The notes under the pieces: model-generated | The model's input: the letters and a program-made list of their open reading frames with translations, nothing else | What the model was told of the DNA's origin: nothing | Databases searched by the model: none | Assembly: GCF_001194135.2 (NCBI RefSeq) | Contig: NC_068981.1 | Location: 80,319,139 to 80,383,138, forward strand | From: Octopus bimaculoides | Taxonomy: Eukaryota | Direction of reading: 5' to 3' | DNA: 64,000 bases | Program-made: the position numbers and the translations under genes | In this document: piece after piece, positions 1 through 15,777 of the stretch | Layout of the letters: each line of letters starts with the position of its first letter | Position numbering within the stretch: position 1 is the stretch's first letter

Positions 1-352
1 ATGTTCTTCCACTTTGGAAGCACCTGTGCCACTTGAGACATTGAATATGACCCATTGCCTTGTCACTGTAAGCTTGCTGAAACATGCTCAATATCTCTGT
101 AGCAGACTTCCCAAATTTAACACAAAATTTTGCATTGGTTCTTTGTTCCTGTTCATGACAAAATCACAGACTACAGCATACACATGATCACAAAAACACA
201 AATTTCACAACTTGCAAAATAAACACTGCAATTGTCACTCATCACACTGTCTTATGAAGGTCACTGCTAGCTCTCATTGTGCACACAACTGTGTGCTGCC
301 ATCTGTTGATATGCTACAGAACTAGTTCAAGAACTTTTTGATACCACTGTAG
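1..352 (-). mobile_element. Tc1/mariner 5' fragment
   Basis: Ends in gaactttttgataccactgtag, a mariner-like TIR with TA; decayed transposase-like sequence. Confidence 0.5.
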
Positions 353-2570
353 TTCATGTAAATAGTATTTACATCAGTGCAACTATCAGATGCATACTTG
401 TATGTACGAGGTGTAAAATGTTAAAAAATGAGAGAGAGAATTTTGCAAGTTAAAATGTATTTAATTTGTATATAATCAATGAATAATTGACATATTTACT
501 AGTTAACAATCCTGATCCAGTTTCACTAATATGAATAAATCACAAGGTTTGCTCTATAAGTTTCATTTTACTTCTATTTTTCATTTACTGCTGTCACTGG
601 AAAAAGAGAAAGTCTTTTTCATATCTTAAGTACACATATTTCAGACATATTCGTAGTATTGTTTTCATCAACTCTAAATGCAATTAATTTCATGATTTCT
701 TCAATTATACCTTTATCACTTTAATCATCCAAACTATTTTTCCGTAAATAGATTAGTAGCAACCATCCTTCAACTAGCATGCACTCTATATCTTGCCTGT
801 CTTGTAAATTGAGCTCCAAGAGTGTTGAGTGAGACATTCTTTGTCAAAGATTGCAGCCATGCATTGTCAGTTAAAAATATCCTTTGCTTAAAGTAAAACT
901 TTCAACCAACCAATCCTATTTGGCCACTTGCAAAATGCATCTTAGGAAAGATCTCCCTCCCATCCCCCATCCTCCCCACTCTTTTTCATTACCTATCTTT
1001 TACAATTCTCATAATTTCCAACCTTGTACTGAATAACTTCTGTGAAAGACATTGTGCTAATCTCATTGGCATCTGTTATATCTGTACATTTGCTTTATTG
1101 TTGTATTTTATAAGTTCTTTCAAGAAGAAAACTCTTAGATTTTTTTAAATCAGATCAGATCATGCCTCTGTGATATTCAGATAATAATGAATAGTTTTTT
1201 GGGGCTTTTAAAATTTTTTATTATTATTATTATTATTATTTTTTTTTTTTTTTACATTACTGCTCTTCTACTGCACAAACTCAGTGTATTTGTGAAGTTC
1301 AAACAAAGCTGCAAACTGGCATTGACTCTGCTATCTTTATCCAAGAATCAGATATTTTACTGCCAGGCTATAAATATATATACTTCTTTTATCTTTTTTA
1401 CTTTATTATTCAGTTGTGTGTGTGTGTGTGTGTGTGTGTGCATGCTTGATTGGGTGCCTGCTGTGAATATCTGTGAAGCTTTTGCGTAGTCTATGTGCTA
1501 TCAATGTAAATTTGTGCACTCATACAAAGACATGCACACACATATACACATGTACATATATATTACTATGTTTGTAATGTGCTGTCAATTATATAGTAAT
1601 TATCTATATATTGTAAACATGCATGTTTTTTAGCATCATCTCTGTGCGTGTGTGTGAGAAAGAGAGCGTGAGACACAATTGTGTTGGTGTGTTATTGTCC
1701 TACATATTTCTTCAAGTTTACTTTGCTTTTCCATAAAGAAATCTATGTCTGGGTGTGTTCTCTTATGTAGCTACTGGGTTCATACCCTAATTGTTTCTCT
1801 AATACTGTCTTTACTGTAGTGTATATTTACATTAAATTGTGTGGGTGTATATGTGTGTGTGTGTCAACTGTGCAACATGGCACCCCAATTTGACAAATGT
1901 TTTTGATATTTGGGTGTGTGTCCCCAGTAAGTAATTGACATAAAAAAACAAAACAGAGAAAAACAAGAGTTGGGTCAGGAAGGAGTACAAGAGAATTAGT
2001 ATAATGTTTGTGGGACTAAATTGTAAATAGTTGGTATAAAAGCAAGCTGGAATGTTCTGCTGAGCATAAGCAGCTGGGGATTATCTGCAGAAGGTCCATT
2101 TTGGTTATTTCTAAGCTTACAACAACTATTTCTGGAAGTTGCTAAATATTTACCGAACAACTTTGTAGAATTGGTGTATTGCATTTTAGTATCCCCACCC
2201 CACCCCCAATATTAGTTTCCTTCTTTATTATTTCAGTAGCTGATTATCTCATTCACTTACCATTCATTTGAATCCTAACATTTTCTCATTAAAAATAAGC
2301 TCTTAATTTTCATATTTAGTAATAGTTTCTTGTTATCGTTTGTTTTATTCATTTTCGATATATCATCATCATCATCATCATCGTTTAACGTCCGCTTTCC
2401 ATGCTAGCATGGGTTGGACGATTTGACTGAGGACTGGTGAAACCGGATGGCAACACCAGGCTCCAGTCTGATTTGGCAGAGTTTCTACAGCTGGATGCCC
2501 TTCCTAACGCCAACCACTCAGAGAGTGTAGTGGGTGCTTTTACGTGTCACCCGCACGAAAACGGCCACGC

Positions 2571-2632
<62 letters not shown>

Positions 2633-3475
2633 TAAAATATGAATGAAATAAAGAAAATGACAAGAAAGTATGCATTCCGTCCATGCTGGGGCATTGCTTT
2701 GAAGGGTCTAGTTGAACAAATCAGCCCCAGTACTTATTTTTTAAAGTCAGGTGCTTATTCTATCAATCTCTTTTGACAGACCACTAAGTTAAGGCGACAA
2801 AAGCAAACCAACACCAATTGTCAAGTGGTGGTGGGAGCAGATACAACACAAACGCTAAGATACACACACACTCAAGATATATTGCACCTATTGTGTGTGT
2901 GTGTGCGTGTGTTTGTGTGTGTGCACGTGCATGTGTGTGTGTGTGTGTGTGTGTTAGGAAAGGTGTTATAGGTTCCCAAAAGGTGGATATTTTCATGTTG
3001 TTAGTTGCGCCATTGATGTTATAGCTTCGATGCTCTTTCTCATTATGAACTACCTCAAGTGTGTTACAGAAGTGGAATTCATTTGTGAGTTCTAAGCATG
3101 AAGAATTGTATGCTTTAACCAGAGGTAAAATAAAACAAAAGTTGTGTCAATGTCTTGACTCATGACCATGGGGCTTTTTTCAGTGCATTGGATGGTATAA
3201 AATAGTTGGTATTGTTTTATGCTGAAATATTTGTGTGTGTGTGTGCTTTTTTTTTTCTTTTTTCTTTTTCCTTTCATCTTATGGCAGATCAGTGATTCTG
3301 TGTTATCTTTTAATAAACAGATTTTGATTTAATGAAAAGATTTTCAGATGTATTTATCAAGAAACATTAAAAACCTTTACTAACAAATAAGTTTCCATAT
3401 TTAATAGTGACTTTTTTATATTTTATGCTGTCACATACACACACACACACATATATACACATGCACACACACATG

Positions 3476-3641
<166 letters not shown>

Positions 3642-4703
3642 TCATATGCCATGCCTAAAAGTGTCAGGGATCATGGACCTCAATGCTAAGATCATGTTCT
3701 GCTACACATATTTGATGAAGCAGCTGGACATTATCTGTAGAAGGTGCCTTTTAGCTCTTTCTAAGCTTTATAACAACTATTTTTGAAAGTTACTAAATAT
3801 TTACTGAACATCTCTCTAAAACTAGTGAACTGGTTCATGATTTTTCTTGGGAAAGATACAGCAGGAGCTTCCTGTTGTCTTCTACTGGTTTGTTTACAAT
3901 TTACTCTTTTAGTTTCCTCCTCTCCTAAGCTTAGACATAAAGTACAAGGTCTATTTCACTCATAGGTGGGGGGCACTGTTTCACCTGACATTAACACATT
4001 GGTAGATCTGTGTAACACATGTCTAGATACCAGCTCTCTCCCAAGTCCTTCATACCTTAGCCACATGTCCATCTTCTGCTATTTGACCTGTAACTAGGAC
4101 CTTTGACAGATGCTACCACTCTGGACCAGAACAGACTTGGGTGTAGTGATGACTAAGAAGTAATTCTGTACTCTGCTAAACTCCAAAGCACTCAAGCTGA
4201 AATACTTCACCACTGGATGCAGTTTAATCTCTTACACCAAACAGTATATTAATACACAACCAAAATCCATTGAGGAAAGTTGTAACATTTAATCAACCCC
4301 AGTGCATCAAAGACACTTATGACTGACATTTTATTTTTGTGTCTGTATTTGTGGGAGTTCCTATAGACTTTAATTATTCAAATCATATGCTTCAATTATT
4401 CTAAATAAAATGCTATATCAATTCAAAAATTGAAAAATATATGGGAATAGGGTTTTCTTCTTTAATTTTAAATGACTATTAATGATTTTTTTTTCTTAGA
4501 TACAATTTATTGTATTTAATTCAGTATATGCCTGCACGTATGCCTCTCTGTATGCATGTGTATGTGCACACACACACACACACACACACATACATAATAC
4601 ATACATACATACACACGCGTGCGCGCGCACACACACACACACACACANNNNNNNNNNACACACACACACACATACATAATACATACATACATACACACGC
4701 GTG

Positions 4704-4742
<39 letters not shown>

Positions 4743-5250
4743 GTTCTTGAATAACCCAGAGCAAAACTTGGAGTAGACTATCAAACTATCAACTTTTGAT
4801 ATACTAAACACATACACAGAAAGAGACACACAAATTACCATAGATATATAGGCAGTGTGTCTCATGTATATGATATAGTTTTTTGTTTTGTTTTTGTTGT
4901 CTTTTTAGATGAAATTGTACTGAAGCATGGATGGAGCTAAGGTCATTTAGCATTAAATATCTACATTCAAATAAGAAAATTGTTGTTTAGAAATTTTCAT
5001 TTTTGATTACATTGATTGCATTCTGTTTTAGCTATTGGTATTGTTTCAATAATTTTTGCTATTTATGACAATGAATTATCAAATTTTCTCGTTATTTTAT
5101 AATATATACACACAGTTTTATCAATGGTACAAAAGTAATGCAAAAAGGAACAAGTGTAGCACTAAATGCTTTAAGATCTCTAGTTTGTTATGTCCTACCT
5201 TTGTGTTCAAACTCTACCTAGGTTGACTTTATCTTTCATCCCCATCCAAG

Positions 5251-5334
5251 TCACAAATAAGAAGCAACTTAGATTCAACAGGTCCTACACAGCTTCTAAC
5301 AAAAGAAGAACAGAAAACTTGGGCCAAAAACCAA
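5251..5334 (+). CDS. Gene A candidate exon (phase 1-1, 84 nt)
   Basis: catccaag|TC ACA AAT AAG AAG CAA CTT AGA TTC AAC AGG ... CCA A|gtattt. An 88-nt intron leads to the next acceptor in matching phase. Confidence 0.5.
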
Positions 5335-8300
5335 GTATTTTTATGTACTATTTTCTCAGTAGTTTTGGACATCCATTAATTTCTCTTACCCTTCTGTTTA
5401 CTTCTGTCTTTTTTTCCTATAGCTATAAATAAGGAAGAATTTTACAATCAAACCCTACCTCAAGTGCGTTATCAATCAGATGAATATGTTGGTTTGAGAA
5501 GACCTGCCCGATTTGATGGCAGCAATATCCGTTCAGAATCTGTGGGTCCCAATTGGCCATCTTCCAACCGAGAGTCTCATTCTGGTGAAGACTTACAACT
5601 AGTCGTCAATGTTACAACGGCATCAGCACCTGAAGTTTCAACTATCCCTTCTCCTGATATTAGCAAGGTAAACTATTGTTATTGTTTATATTATTATTAT
5701 TATCATTATTTGATGTGTGTATGTGTGTGTGACAGAGCGCATGGCCTAGTAGTTAGGGAGTTGGACTCACAATTGCGAGATCGTGGTTTCAGTTCCTAGA
5801 CTGGGTAGTGTGTTGTGTTCTTGAGCAAAAAACTCCATTTCACGTTGCTCTGTGATCACTTCGATACCTAACATGTGGTACACAGTGCACTTGTTCAAGC
5901 AATGTCAATTTGATGGAAACAATGAGCTAATGTGCAACACATACATTTGATCACTATAAACAAATCATTTGTGCAGGTTGTTTGGAAGAAGCTGAACACT
6001 CATACATTGTCTTTGGTGGGAGAGTTCATCACACATACATACATATCAGATCATCTCATAAATGATGCAGTTTTTTCAATTGCATGAGCTAAAAGTCAGA
6101 GGGGGATGGGATAAACTACCTGCATCAACTTGCTATAAAAGCTGGCAGTAATTTTACCTAAGTGCAAGTTTTGACGAGTGTAGTTCCATTTTAACAGTTA
6201 TTTTTTCTAAGTTATAATGGAAGTGACAAAGGATCATATTTGGCATATTTTGCTTTATGAGTTCAATAAAGGTAACAATGCAATGGAAAGTGCAAGGAAT
6301 ATCAATGCAGTATATGGGGATCAGACAATAAGCATAAGCCCATGTCAATGGTGGTTCCAGAAATTCTGAACTGGAAACTACAGCCTAGAAAACAAACCTC
6401 ATCCTGGAAGATCTGTAGAGCTCATCGAGGATGTCCTGCAAACCCTGGTGGAACAAAATNNNNNNNNNNAACTTGCTATAAAAGCTGGCAGTAATTTTAC
6501 CTAAGTGCAAGTTTTGACGAGTGTAGTTCCATTTTAACAGTTATTTTTTCTAAGTTATAATGGAAGTGACAAAGGATCATATTTGGCATATTTTGCTTTA
6601 TGAGTTCAATAAAGGTAACAATGCAATGGAAAGTGCAAGGAATATCAATGCAGTATATGGGGATCAGACAATAAGCATAAGCCCATGTCAATGGTGGTTC
6701 CAGAAATTCTGAACTGGAAACTACAGCCTAGAAAACAAACCTCATCCTGGAAGATCTGTAGAGCTCATCGAGGATGTCCTGCAAACCCTGGTGGAACAAA
6801 ATACCATCGTAACTGTTGAGAAACTAGTAGAAAAATAAAAAGTATAAAAAAACTGCATTATTTATGGGATGACCCAATATATATGGATACACACACTTAC
6901 ACAAAATCTGAGAGGATATATTTATGCCTCTGTGTGTGTGTGTGTGAGAGAGAGATGGGGAGAGAGAGAGAGATTGTAATGTTTCTCTCTGGTAAGAGTT
7001 TGTTAATGTAATCTTGATAGGCTTTCAGATGGGATTAAATAGTTTCTTGAAATAACGAGTTGTATATTCTCTAGAACTATAGTGTTCCTGGCTGAACTTA
7101 TTGACTTGTGGAAGTGTTAATCCCTTGTCNNNNNNNNNNNNNNNNNNNNNNNNNNNNNNNNNNNNNNNNNNNNNNNNNNNNNNNNNNNNNNNNNNNNNNN
7201 NNNNNNNNNNNNNNNNNNNNNNNNNNNNNNNNNNNNNNNNNNNNNNNNNNNNNNNNNNNNNNNNNNNNNNNNNNNNNNNNNNNNNNNNNNNNNNNNNNNN
7301 NNNNNNNNNNNNNNNNNNNNNNNNNNNNNNNNNNNNNNNNNNNNNNNNNNNNNNNNNNNNNNNNNNNNNNNNNNNNNNNNNNNNNNNNNNNNNNNNNNNN
7401 NNNNNNNNNNNNNNNNNNNNNNNNNNNNNNNNNNNNNNNNNNNNNNNNNNNNNNNNNNNNNNNNNNNNNNNNNNNNNNNNNNNNNNNNNNNNNNNNNNNN
7501 NNNNCTATAGTGTTCCTGGCTGAACTTATTGACTTGTGGAAGTGTTAATCCCTTGTCAAGTTGAACTAATTCACATCCTGCTTTAGATAACATACAAAAC
7601 ATGGTCCCATCTGGCTGTAGTCTCAATGATATGAGCTGGAATTAATAGATGCATTGAAACATCCTTGTAGATTCATGCAATGCTGTCCTTTATGTATTCT
7701 TAAAATAATCAACAATTAGCCATCTTTATTTTCAAACATGAAAGAATATATGCCAGAATTTCATAGAAAATCATCAGAGTCTGAACCAATACAGTACTGG
7801 ACAAACAGTCAAGAGATTGCAGTTTGTGTCTATAAAAACCGACTCCCAACTCCTAAGCTCTATGTAGACACCACAGGATAATATAATTCATTTATGTAGG
7901 TAATGGCAGAACTATAAAACTGGCAAACCTGCTTTTGTTGTTCAAAGCTAGGGTTGGTGTCAATGGGAGAAAATACAATATACCCAGTACTACTTTAAGT
8001 AGGGGAGATTTATCTAATCTCAATGGAGACTGTGATTCAGAAACAACCTTTGGGATCCTTTTGTTTTGGAATATATGATGTTGTTAAACCCCATTCTTGG
8101 CTGAGTAGATTTTTAATCAGAAGTATTCCAGCTGTGACCATTCTGTCTTTTGAGGAATATCTCTGTTCCTTATTTAAGATGGTAGAATGTAATTTAAAGG
8201 GGATTTTTGTTGTATTTTCTAGCAAGTCAAACTGCTGTGTACAGCTATTTATTTATATAGATGGTTGAGAAATATCCTACATAGAACTTCAATAAAGAAT

Positions 8301-11300
8301 AACAACTATGTAGATAAGATGTCAACATTTTGGCACATCATTTATAAATTCATATCCTGATGCTAGCGATGCATACATTTTTGTAAACTTTTCTTGAGCA
8401 GAAATAGTATCTACTATTTGATATTATATGCTAAGCTTGCTATAGAAGTAATGTTGAATTACTGATAAAACATTTGAAATAATATCATAAAAATAAACTG
8501 ATTAGAATGTTACATATGTACTAAAAATATAAATATAGGTACAACATTGATTTTCTAGAACCTTTTGTTTCAAAGCCATTCCAGATTACTGATTCTTTCA
8601 AACCAGGGGTAGACACATTCTAAATTAAACAAATATTAAATTTACTTAAGTAGTTATTTGAAATACAGATACCTGCACCTTCATATAAATTTATTACTAC
8701 AAGGGGGTGCTGAAAAGTTCCTGGTTGTAAGGGTATCATGAAAGGCCTGGTTGGAGGCCCAACCTTCTGAGTTCTTTTACAGGGCTTAGAAAAACTGAAG
8801 GACTGCTACAATAAGTGGGTGAACCTGAGAGGGGAATATGTTGAATAAAATCATAATTACTTGCCCCTCCTGTATTTTTTTTTACCCAATGCCAGGAACT
8901 TTTCAGCCCCCTCTTGTACTGTACAGTGCAAATTACTGTAAAACAGATCTACCCTTTAAATTAGTCTGGCAACTGCGGGAATTGAAAGTGCTTGCTTATG
9001 AATTAGTGCAGGTTATAAGAGGTTCCAGACCATTAGTGTCCAGAAAGTGAATGTTGTACCTGTAGTTAAAACTGATAATTAAAAAGTGGTTTTCAATTAT
9101 TCATTCTGTATTTTTTTTATTCTTTTATTTGCAGCGTCCCAAATCCTTAGAAGATAATCTAAATGAATTACGAAGTGACCATAAGACAAAATGTTTGAGT
9201 CGCTACAACTCTGTAAGGCGCCGGCAGTTGGAGCGTTTACGGCAGAGATCAGACTGGTTTCTTGGACCTCTGAACGATAGTGTTTGTAGTAATAGAAGTG
9301 GTGCCAGCAATAACCAAAACGGTGAAAATATTGGCAGCAGTAGCAGTATGGTAGAAGGTGTATGTTGCGGAGAAGAAGGCATTGAAAAACAGCAGCACCA
9401 GCCACTCAAAGCAAAAATCTCTGGCACTTCTGTAACAAAGTCTTCATCAGAGGGTGCTGAACTGGATGTAATTGGCTCTGATGCAGATAGTGTTTTTACG
9501 GACAACACCAGTCGAAGTGAGTCTCCAGCTTCTGAACCAATTAGGAGTTTAGATATGCGTAAACCACGCACTGTAATACATAGTGACACTGTAGTAGATG
9601 CCCTGTCAGTGACTGAAAATGTACCAGATACACATGATATAAAACAGACCTGTGAAAATGGAGAACAAAGTAATGTGTGTTATTTCATGGTTAAACACAA
9701 TTATGGGGAAACTAATTCCTAGCATTGTACTTATATCCAGAATTTTTTCCCCCTGCCATGTTTTTTTTAAAAATATCAAAAACAAACAAAAAAACAGCAA
9801 CAACATATAAAAAAAAAAGAAGCCACTCTGATTGTCATCATTATCATTTTTTTTATCATTGACATTTTTAAAATGATATTTTTAAAATTATTTTAGATTA
9901 CTTATGAAATATTTTAAAATATTACATATACATTTATACACACACACACACAAACACACACACATATATATAAAAAGTACAGAAGTAAGTTTCAACTATG
10001 TGCTTACTTTTTTTCCCTGCCCTTTCATAATTTTAAAGGTTGAAATGGTTCATAAAATTTTTCAATATTTCCAAATTTATAAAAATTCTTTTAGACTCTA
10101 GAAAAACTGAAGCCATTATCTTTTCTTTTTTAATTATCCTTTCCTTTTCTTTCTCTCTCTCGCTCTTTCTATCTCTATTTCCCAGTTATCTTTTCAAAAT
10201 AACATCTGCAGAATGCACAATCTATTTATTCTTGAAATTATCCCCTTAATGAAATGATGCCTTAGAAATTTAATTGAACAAACTTTGTCTCAAGAAGATT
10301 AGACTTACTGTTGCTCTCTTAAACACTAAAATTTAATCACATAATCAATTAGCTGAAAAGATGACTTGTTTTTTGTCCATCAATAAAAAATGTTAAAGGA
10401 GAAAAAAAAATGTTCTCTGTTAAATCACTGATCTCTAAAAAAATTTTAGTTAAATATCATCTTTTATCTCATTCATTAAGTTACTGTTTTCATCTCCTAG
10501 CCTTCCACAGCTATCCACAAAATATCTTTATACTGATATTTCTGTTTTTACTCTAGCAACTTTCCTCAAACTCTGTCATTTAGTTTATTTTCATCACTAA
10601 TAAATTGGCTTTTAAGAAAACATATTATACAACACACAAAGAAGAAAGAAAAATGACACTTAAATAATGATACTAGAAAAGTGTGTGCAATTATTAACAG
10701 TACATATACAGAGATAATAAATCATTTAAAAATTATATAATGGTTAATTGATAGTTACTTTTCATTAGTTTACATTATAAATTTAACTTTTAAATATGTT
10801 TTGAAAATCTGTAATGAGAATATGCACTAATTTTTTTTTTTTTTTCAAACTTATGTTGGTGTTTCTTTCCCTTTTTCCTCTTATTTATTCCTATATTTTT
10901 TCATTTGTTTAATGAATTAAATCATGGTCATTTGATTAATTTCAAATCTTCAGAGATAAATTAACTTTAATTTTGTTAGATATCAACTTTAATCTCTTCT
11001 TTTCTTTCTCAAGTATGACTTTCCCATCTTTAATACTCGTCTTTAAAGTTTTTAATCACACAATTCAAGAAATGCTAAGCCACCCTCATTGGTAGCATTC
11101 TGTTTCCTCAGACCAGACCGTTTTTGTCTTTAATGTCTGTACAGAGAACCTTGTTTGATCACTTGGCCCAAAAGGATAAATGATGCTTCCCATTGTGTCT
11201 TAGCATATTTTACAAATGCAGAAAAACATGAAGCATGTCCTAGTTGGGACAGTAAATCTCTTGAGATGCTCCTCAGCGTTAAGCGACATTTTAGTTATTC

Positions 11301-13362
11301 TTCTTGTGGCATAGGTCTACTTTAAAAAAAGGTTGACCATTGTTACTTAAAAGTAAGAATAACAATATAAATGTAAAGTATACATCTTATGCCTTACATG
11401 TCACTGACCAATAATTGATGCTACATCTTGATACCCATTATTATTAATTCCTAGAATAAATGTAATCTCATGAATTCACCATGTTTTGGATGGTTGGCTT
11501 TAAAAAGATGCTGATAGTCTTCCATTGAATACTGATTCACTCGGAATTGTTGCTTGCAAATAATCACACACACACACCACCTTTTATTAATTAACTATCA
11601 GAAAAAGAAATTGCGTGTCCTATAACCTGCTCCTTGAGAAAAAGATATATCCTTATGTAATATTTCTGCTTACATAGGTGAAGAACTGTGGCCTACAACT
11701 TGCAACCTACATATATACATTCACTTTTAGCTATTGAGATTGTAATAGGTATCATTTATAGGCATCAATCACTCAAAACTTGAGTTTAGTCAATGTCTAT
11801 GCTTAATTTGTTTTTATGTGCATGCATATTGCATGTGTGATGGTGGTGGTGGTGGTAGTGGTGAGGAGGGGCATGTCTACACTGACTAATTCTATGGTTC
11901 TTACTTCCTACAATAGCTGGAGTATCCTGTCTGCCAACAAATCAACCAATAGGTAATGCAAAACTTGCACAAAAGAAATGTAAGCTACCATATCTGACAT
12001 TCAGAACACTGAACTCCTCTGCCTTGCTTTTTAAATCCAAATGTTTAATGAAACATTTAGTGTTCATATATGCACAAGTCTTAAATCTCACAGAAAGTCT
12101 TCCTTGTTTTATTGCTAGCATTGCGTTTGTGTGTGTGTGTGTGTGTATCTGTAATCCATATCATCTTATCTTCACAATTCTTGAGATTCATCTACTCTCA
12201 TTTTCTTTGCATCACAATTCTATTGAACTATGATGCGATACCTTTAATAGGCTGTTTAAATCAGTGTTCTTGCTGTAAGGTCATCTATCTAATATCATGG
12301 TTATCACTCACAACTTTAAAAAGAATAATATGTAAAAATAATACTTTCTGCTATAAGTATAAGGTTTGAAATATGAGGGTAGGGGACTAGACAATTACAT
12401 TGATCCCAGTGCTCAAATGATACTTATTTCATTGATCCAAAAGGATGAAAGGCAAAGTTGTCCTCAGCAGAATTTGAACTCAAAATATCAAACATTTTGT
12501 CTGGCGTACTAATGATTTTGTCAGCTTGCTGCCCAAATAGTCCTTTCTACTATAGGCACAAGGCTTGAAATTTGATGGGAGGGGGATATTCAATTACATC
12601 AACCCCAGTGCTCAACTAATACTTATTTCATCAACCCTTTACTGGATGAAAGACAAAGTTGACCTCAGCAGAATTTGAACTCAGAATACAAAACCGGACA
12701 AAATGCTTTGTGGCATACTGTCTAGCATGCTAAAACTTCTGCCAAGTCAATGCTGTATACTATATAAAAGTAATGAATTATAAAGTACACACAGTGAAAA
12801 TAACAATAGGCTGCTAGATTAAATTATTATTTGCATGGACTAAATCTTTCAGCATTAGTTCCATCTCTCCATATTCTAAGTACTAATCAGGAACTGAAGT
12901 CTATTCCATTCACTACAAGTTTGTGGCCTTGTGAGAAATCTTCAACATTATGATGGCTGTTTTCAGATTCTGCCAAAGTTGACTTCAATCTTTCATTCCA
13001 TTGGGTGCCAACAATATATATACCATTCAAGCACTGGGGGCAGTTTAGCCAGCAATATCTCTCCCTTAAAATACGTGGTTTGATGTCAGTATAAGAAAAT
13101 ACCCCCCCCCCCCCATGGTGCTCTTCTTATCTTTACAGTTGTTACAACAGTTACTTTATAATTGTTTCTGATTTAGACACAAGGCCAGTGGGGTTAGTGA
13201 TACCTTTGACCCCAACACTTGACTGGTATTTTATTTTATCAGTCCTAAAAGGATATAAAACAAAGTTGACCTTAGTAAGATTTGAACTCAGAACATAATG
13301 TTGGAAGAAATGTCACTAAGTATTTTGTCCGGCATGCTAACAATCTTGCCAACTTGCTGCCT

Positions 13363-13393
<31 letters not shown>

Positions 13394-13620
13394 AATAATA
13401 GAAAAGAATATTGTTATTATCGTAACACTAGTAGCTGAAGACTTTAAGGGTTAATGTATAGTATGTGCTTCCATACTTGTGCTTTACAAAAAAATGACAG
13501 GAAGAGATAATTATATGAAATAAAGATTGCTTAACCTCTTGAGTATTGATAAAGTCATCTTTGTTTCATTGCTTCTGAATTTCTGTGCCTTTTTCCTTTG
13601 TAATTGCCAACTCCCACACA

Positions 13621-13660
<40 letters not shown>

Positions 13661-14869
13661 TTCTCTCCCTTACTCACTCACCATTTTACCTCTTAATGTT
13701 TCAGTTCAATTATCCGCATACACACTCACACATTCACACACAATACATTTATGTTGGTTAATTAATTATAACCTATTTCTCTGTCAATGAGATTACAAAG
13801 ACTACAGTCATTGCTCCTCTTTTGAAAACTAATTAATGGGGAATAGTCTGTGTTATAGTTTGATTAGATTCTACCAGAAATGGTAACAGAGGAGATGAGC
13901 AATTCAACCCAATGTATTTTCTCCAACTTGACATTTTTTTGAAACAGTGAAGCTTGAAGCAGATAAAACTTACGAACAATAGCGTGTAAATATTGGTTTG
14001 AGAAACTTTTTGAAAAGAAAAAGTCAAAGGCTGGGTCTCTTAACCCAATTTTTACATGTTGTTAATTATAGCTTTATCTACTTCAAGTTTCACCATTCCA
14101 AGAAAGAAGTATTTTATTTTCTCAACATCATTAATATTTTTTTGAATTTTTTATTTTAATTTTACCACATACAGGTTCATTGTGCCTTAAAAGTTTGGAA
14201 TTCTCATATTATCAGTTATTTTGCAAAGGGATGTTTTTGCCAAGTAAACACATCTCCTGCATGGAGTTTATGCATGTTTAAGGGAAGGTATGAAGATTGC
14301 ACATGGATGAGACATAACCCAGAATTTAGAAGGAAGTGAAGAGCTATACCACAGAGGACTGTAGTGTTAGTAATAAACAGGAAACCAGTCAGTAATATAG
14401 ATACAAAATGATGTGAGCCATGGGAAACACCCAAATTAATAGAAATACAAGTGGAGAAGGGTACTCTTGTTGATAATATTGTGATGGAATGGTCTGTCAC
14501 GAAGTTTCTGATCAAAGAGGTTAGAGCCGAAAGAGCCCACAAGTAGGTTGTGCGCAAGCATTATTGTGCCACAAACAATAATGTCAAGTTAAGATCCTGT
14601 TGCTCCTAAATGAAGCAAGTCATTAATGAATTTCTCTCTTTAATACTGTACTGGTAATGAAAGTAACTAAAGGTGATGGAAATCAGTGATTGGCTGGTGG
14701 TTCATAAGATCTAAGAATTTACTCTCCCTTTAAACGGAATGCATTATCATCCATTTCTAGAACTTGGGGTCCATATAAGATTTTCTTGTTAAACTTTATG
14801 TGCAATAAATTGCTTATACTTCTGCCTTACACAAAATATTTTAATCTTTTTTATACAATTCCTAGTAGG

Positions 14870-14920
<51 letters not shown>

Positions 14921-15720
14921 TAGGAGAGGGTTAGTTTTTAAGAATATTATTTACATGTAATATTTGAAAAACTGACTAGACCAGTTATCTTGTGTAGCTC
15001 ATGTTATAGAATTGTACCATAGAATTTTTTATTCTTGTGAGCACAAGATGATGAGGAATGTAGTTTTAAGAAAGTTAGTCGAGGAAGGGATTTCTGTGGA
15101 ACTAGAGACAAAGCTGGCAACAATCTTTTCCCTTTTTTTTCTAATTAGAATCTTCTAGAATGAGGAATTGTGTGTAGGAGGATTCTACAAAGTTGATTGA
15201 AATATTCTTTGCTTGTTGAAAATTTTTGTTTGTATCAGTGAGTGAGAGTGGGTGATTTCATCCAAGTATTGTAGGCAGGCTCTATCTTTTGTCTCTACAG
15301 CCATAGCATTGTTGTTTGTAAATCTCTTAAGGGTTGTTTGGTTACAGGTTTTGGTCATGTGGAAAGTGTAGAGTTGGTGTAGTTTCCATTCTTTACTTAT
15401 TTCTCTGTTCCTAAGTTATCTTAGGAACGAATAAATTTTTTTGCCAATGATAGTTGTCATAGAATTGTTGAAGCTCTGATCAGTTAGCTGATTTGAATTA
15501 CCAGATGGTTTGTAAATCTGATGTTGTTAATCTGGATTTCAATGGTAGATATTTATGCTTTCATTGGTCTATCTGCCTGGCAATTTTACTTTTATGGTTG
15601 AGTACTTATTTGTAGGAAGCTTATCCAAATGCTGAAAAAATAATTGATTCAACACATGCAAACTAAAATTTGCAAAAACCCATACTACCATGGGAAATGA
15701 ATATAAAACAGCATGTGTAT

Positions 15721-15777
<57 letters not shown>

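Noticed and set aside
1284-1360. Protein-like frame CICEVQTKLQTGIDSAIFIQESDILLPG
   Set aside because: No usable GT donor and no recognisable homology.
2427-2450. CTGAGGA...GAAACCGG hammerhead-like string
   Set aside because: No stem II or stem I can form; it is part of a common retroposon tail.
3914-3949. Possible further gene A exon (SSSPKLRHKVQ, phase 1-1)
   Set aside because: Good acceptor but weak donor (gtctat); cannot be supported without transcripts.
6127-6802. Apparent 333-bp perfect tandem duplication
   Set aside because: Identical copies either side of a 10-N gap indicate an unmerged contig overlap. The same pattern occurs at about 4560-4738, 7071-7556 and 30521-30640.
7741-7785. 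Minus-strand CTGATGA...GAAA, and similar strings at 33634, 55447 and 61014
   Set aside because: Core words are present but the required stems or the GAAA are missing; compatible with chance or complete decay.
13868-14557. Candidate exon at 13868 and 113-aa minus-strand ORF 14216-14557
   Set aside because: Weak polypyrimidine tract, no homology and no partner exons; possibly UTR or an old repeat.
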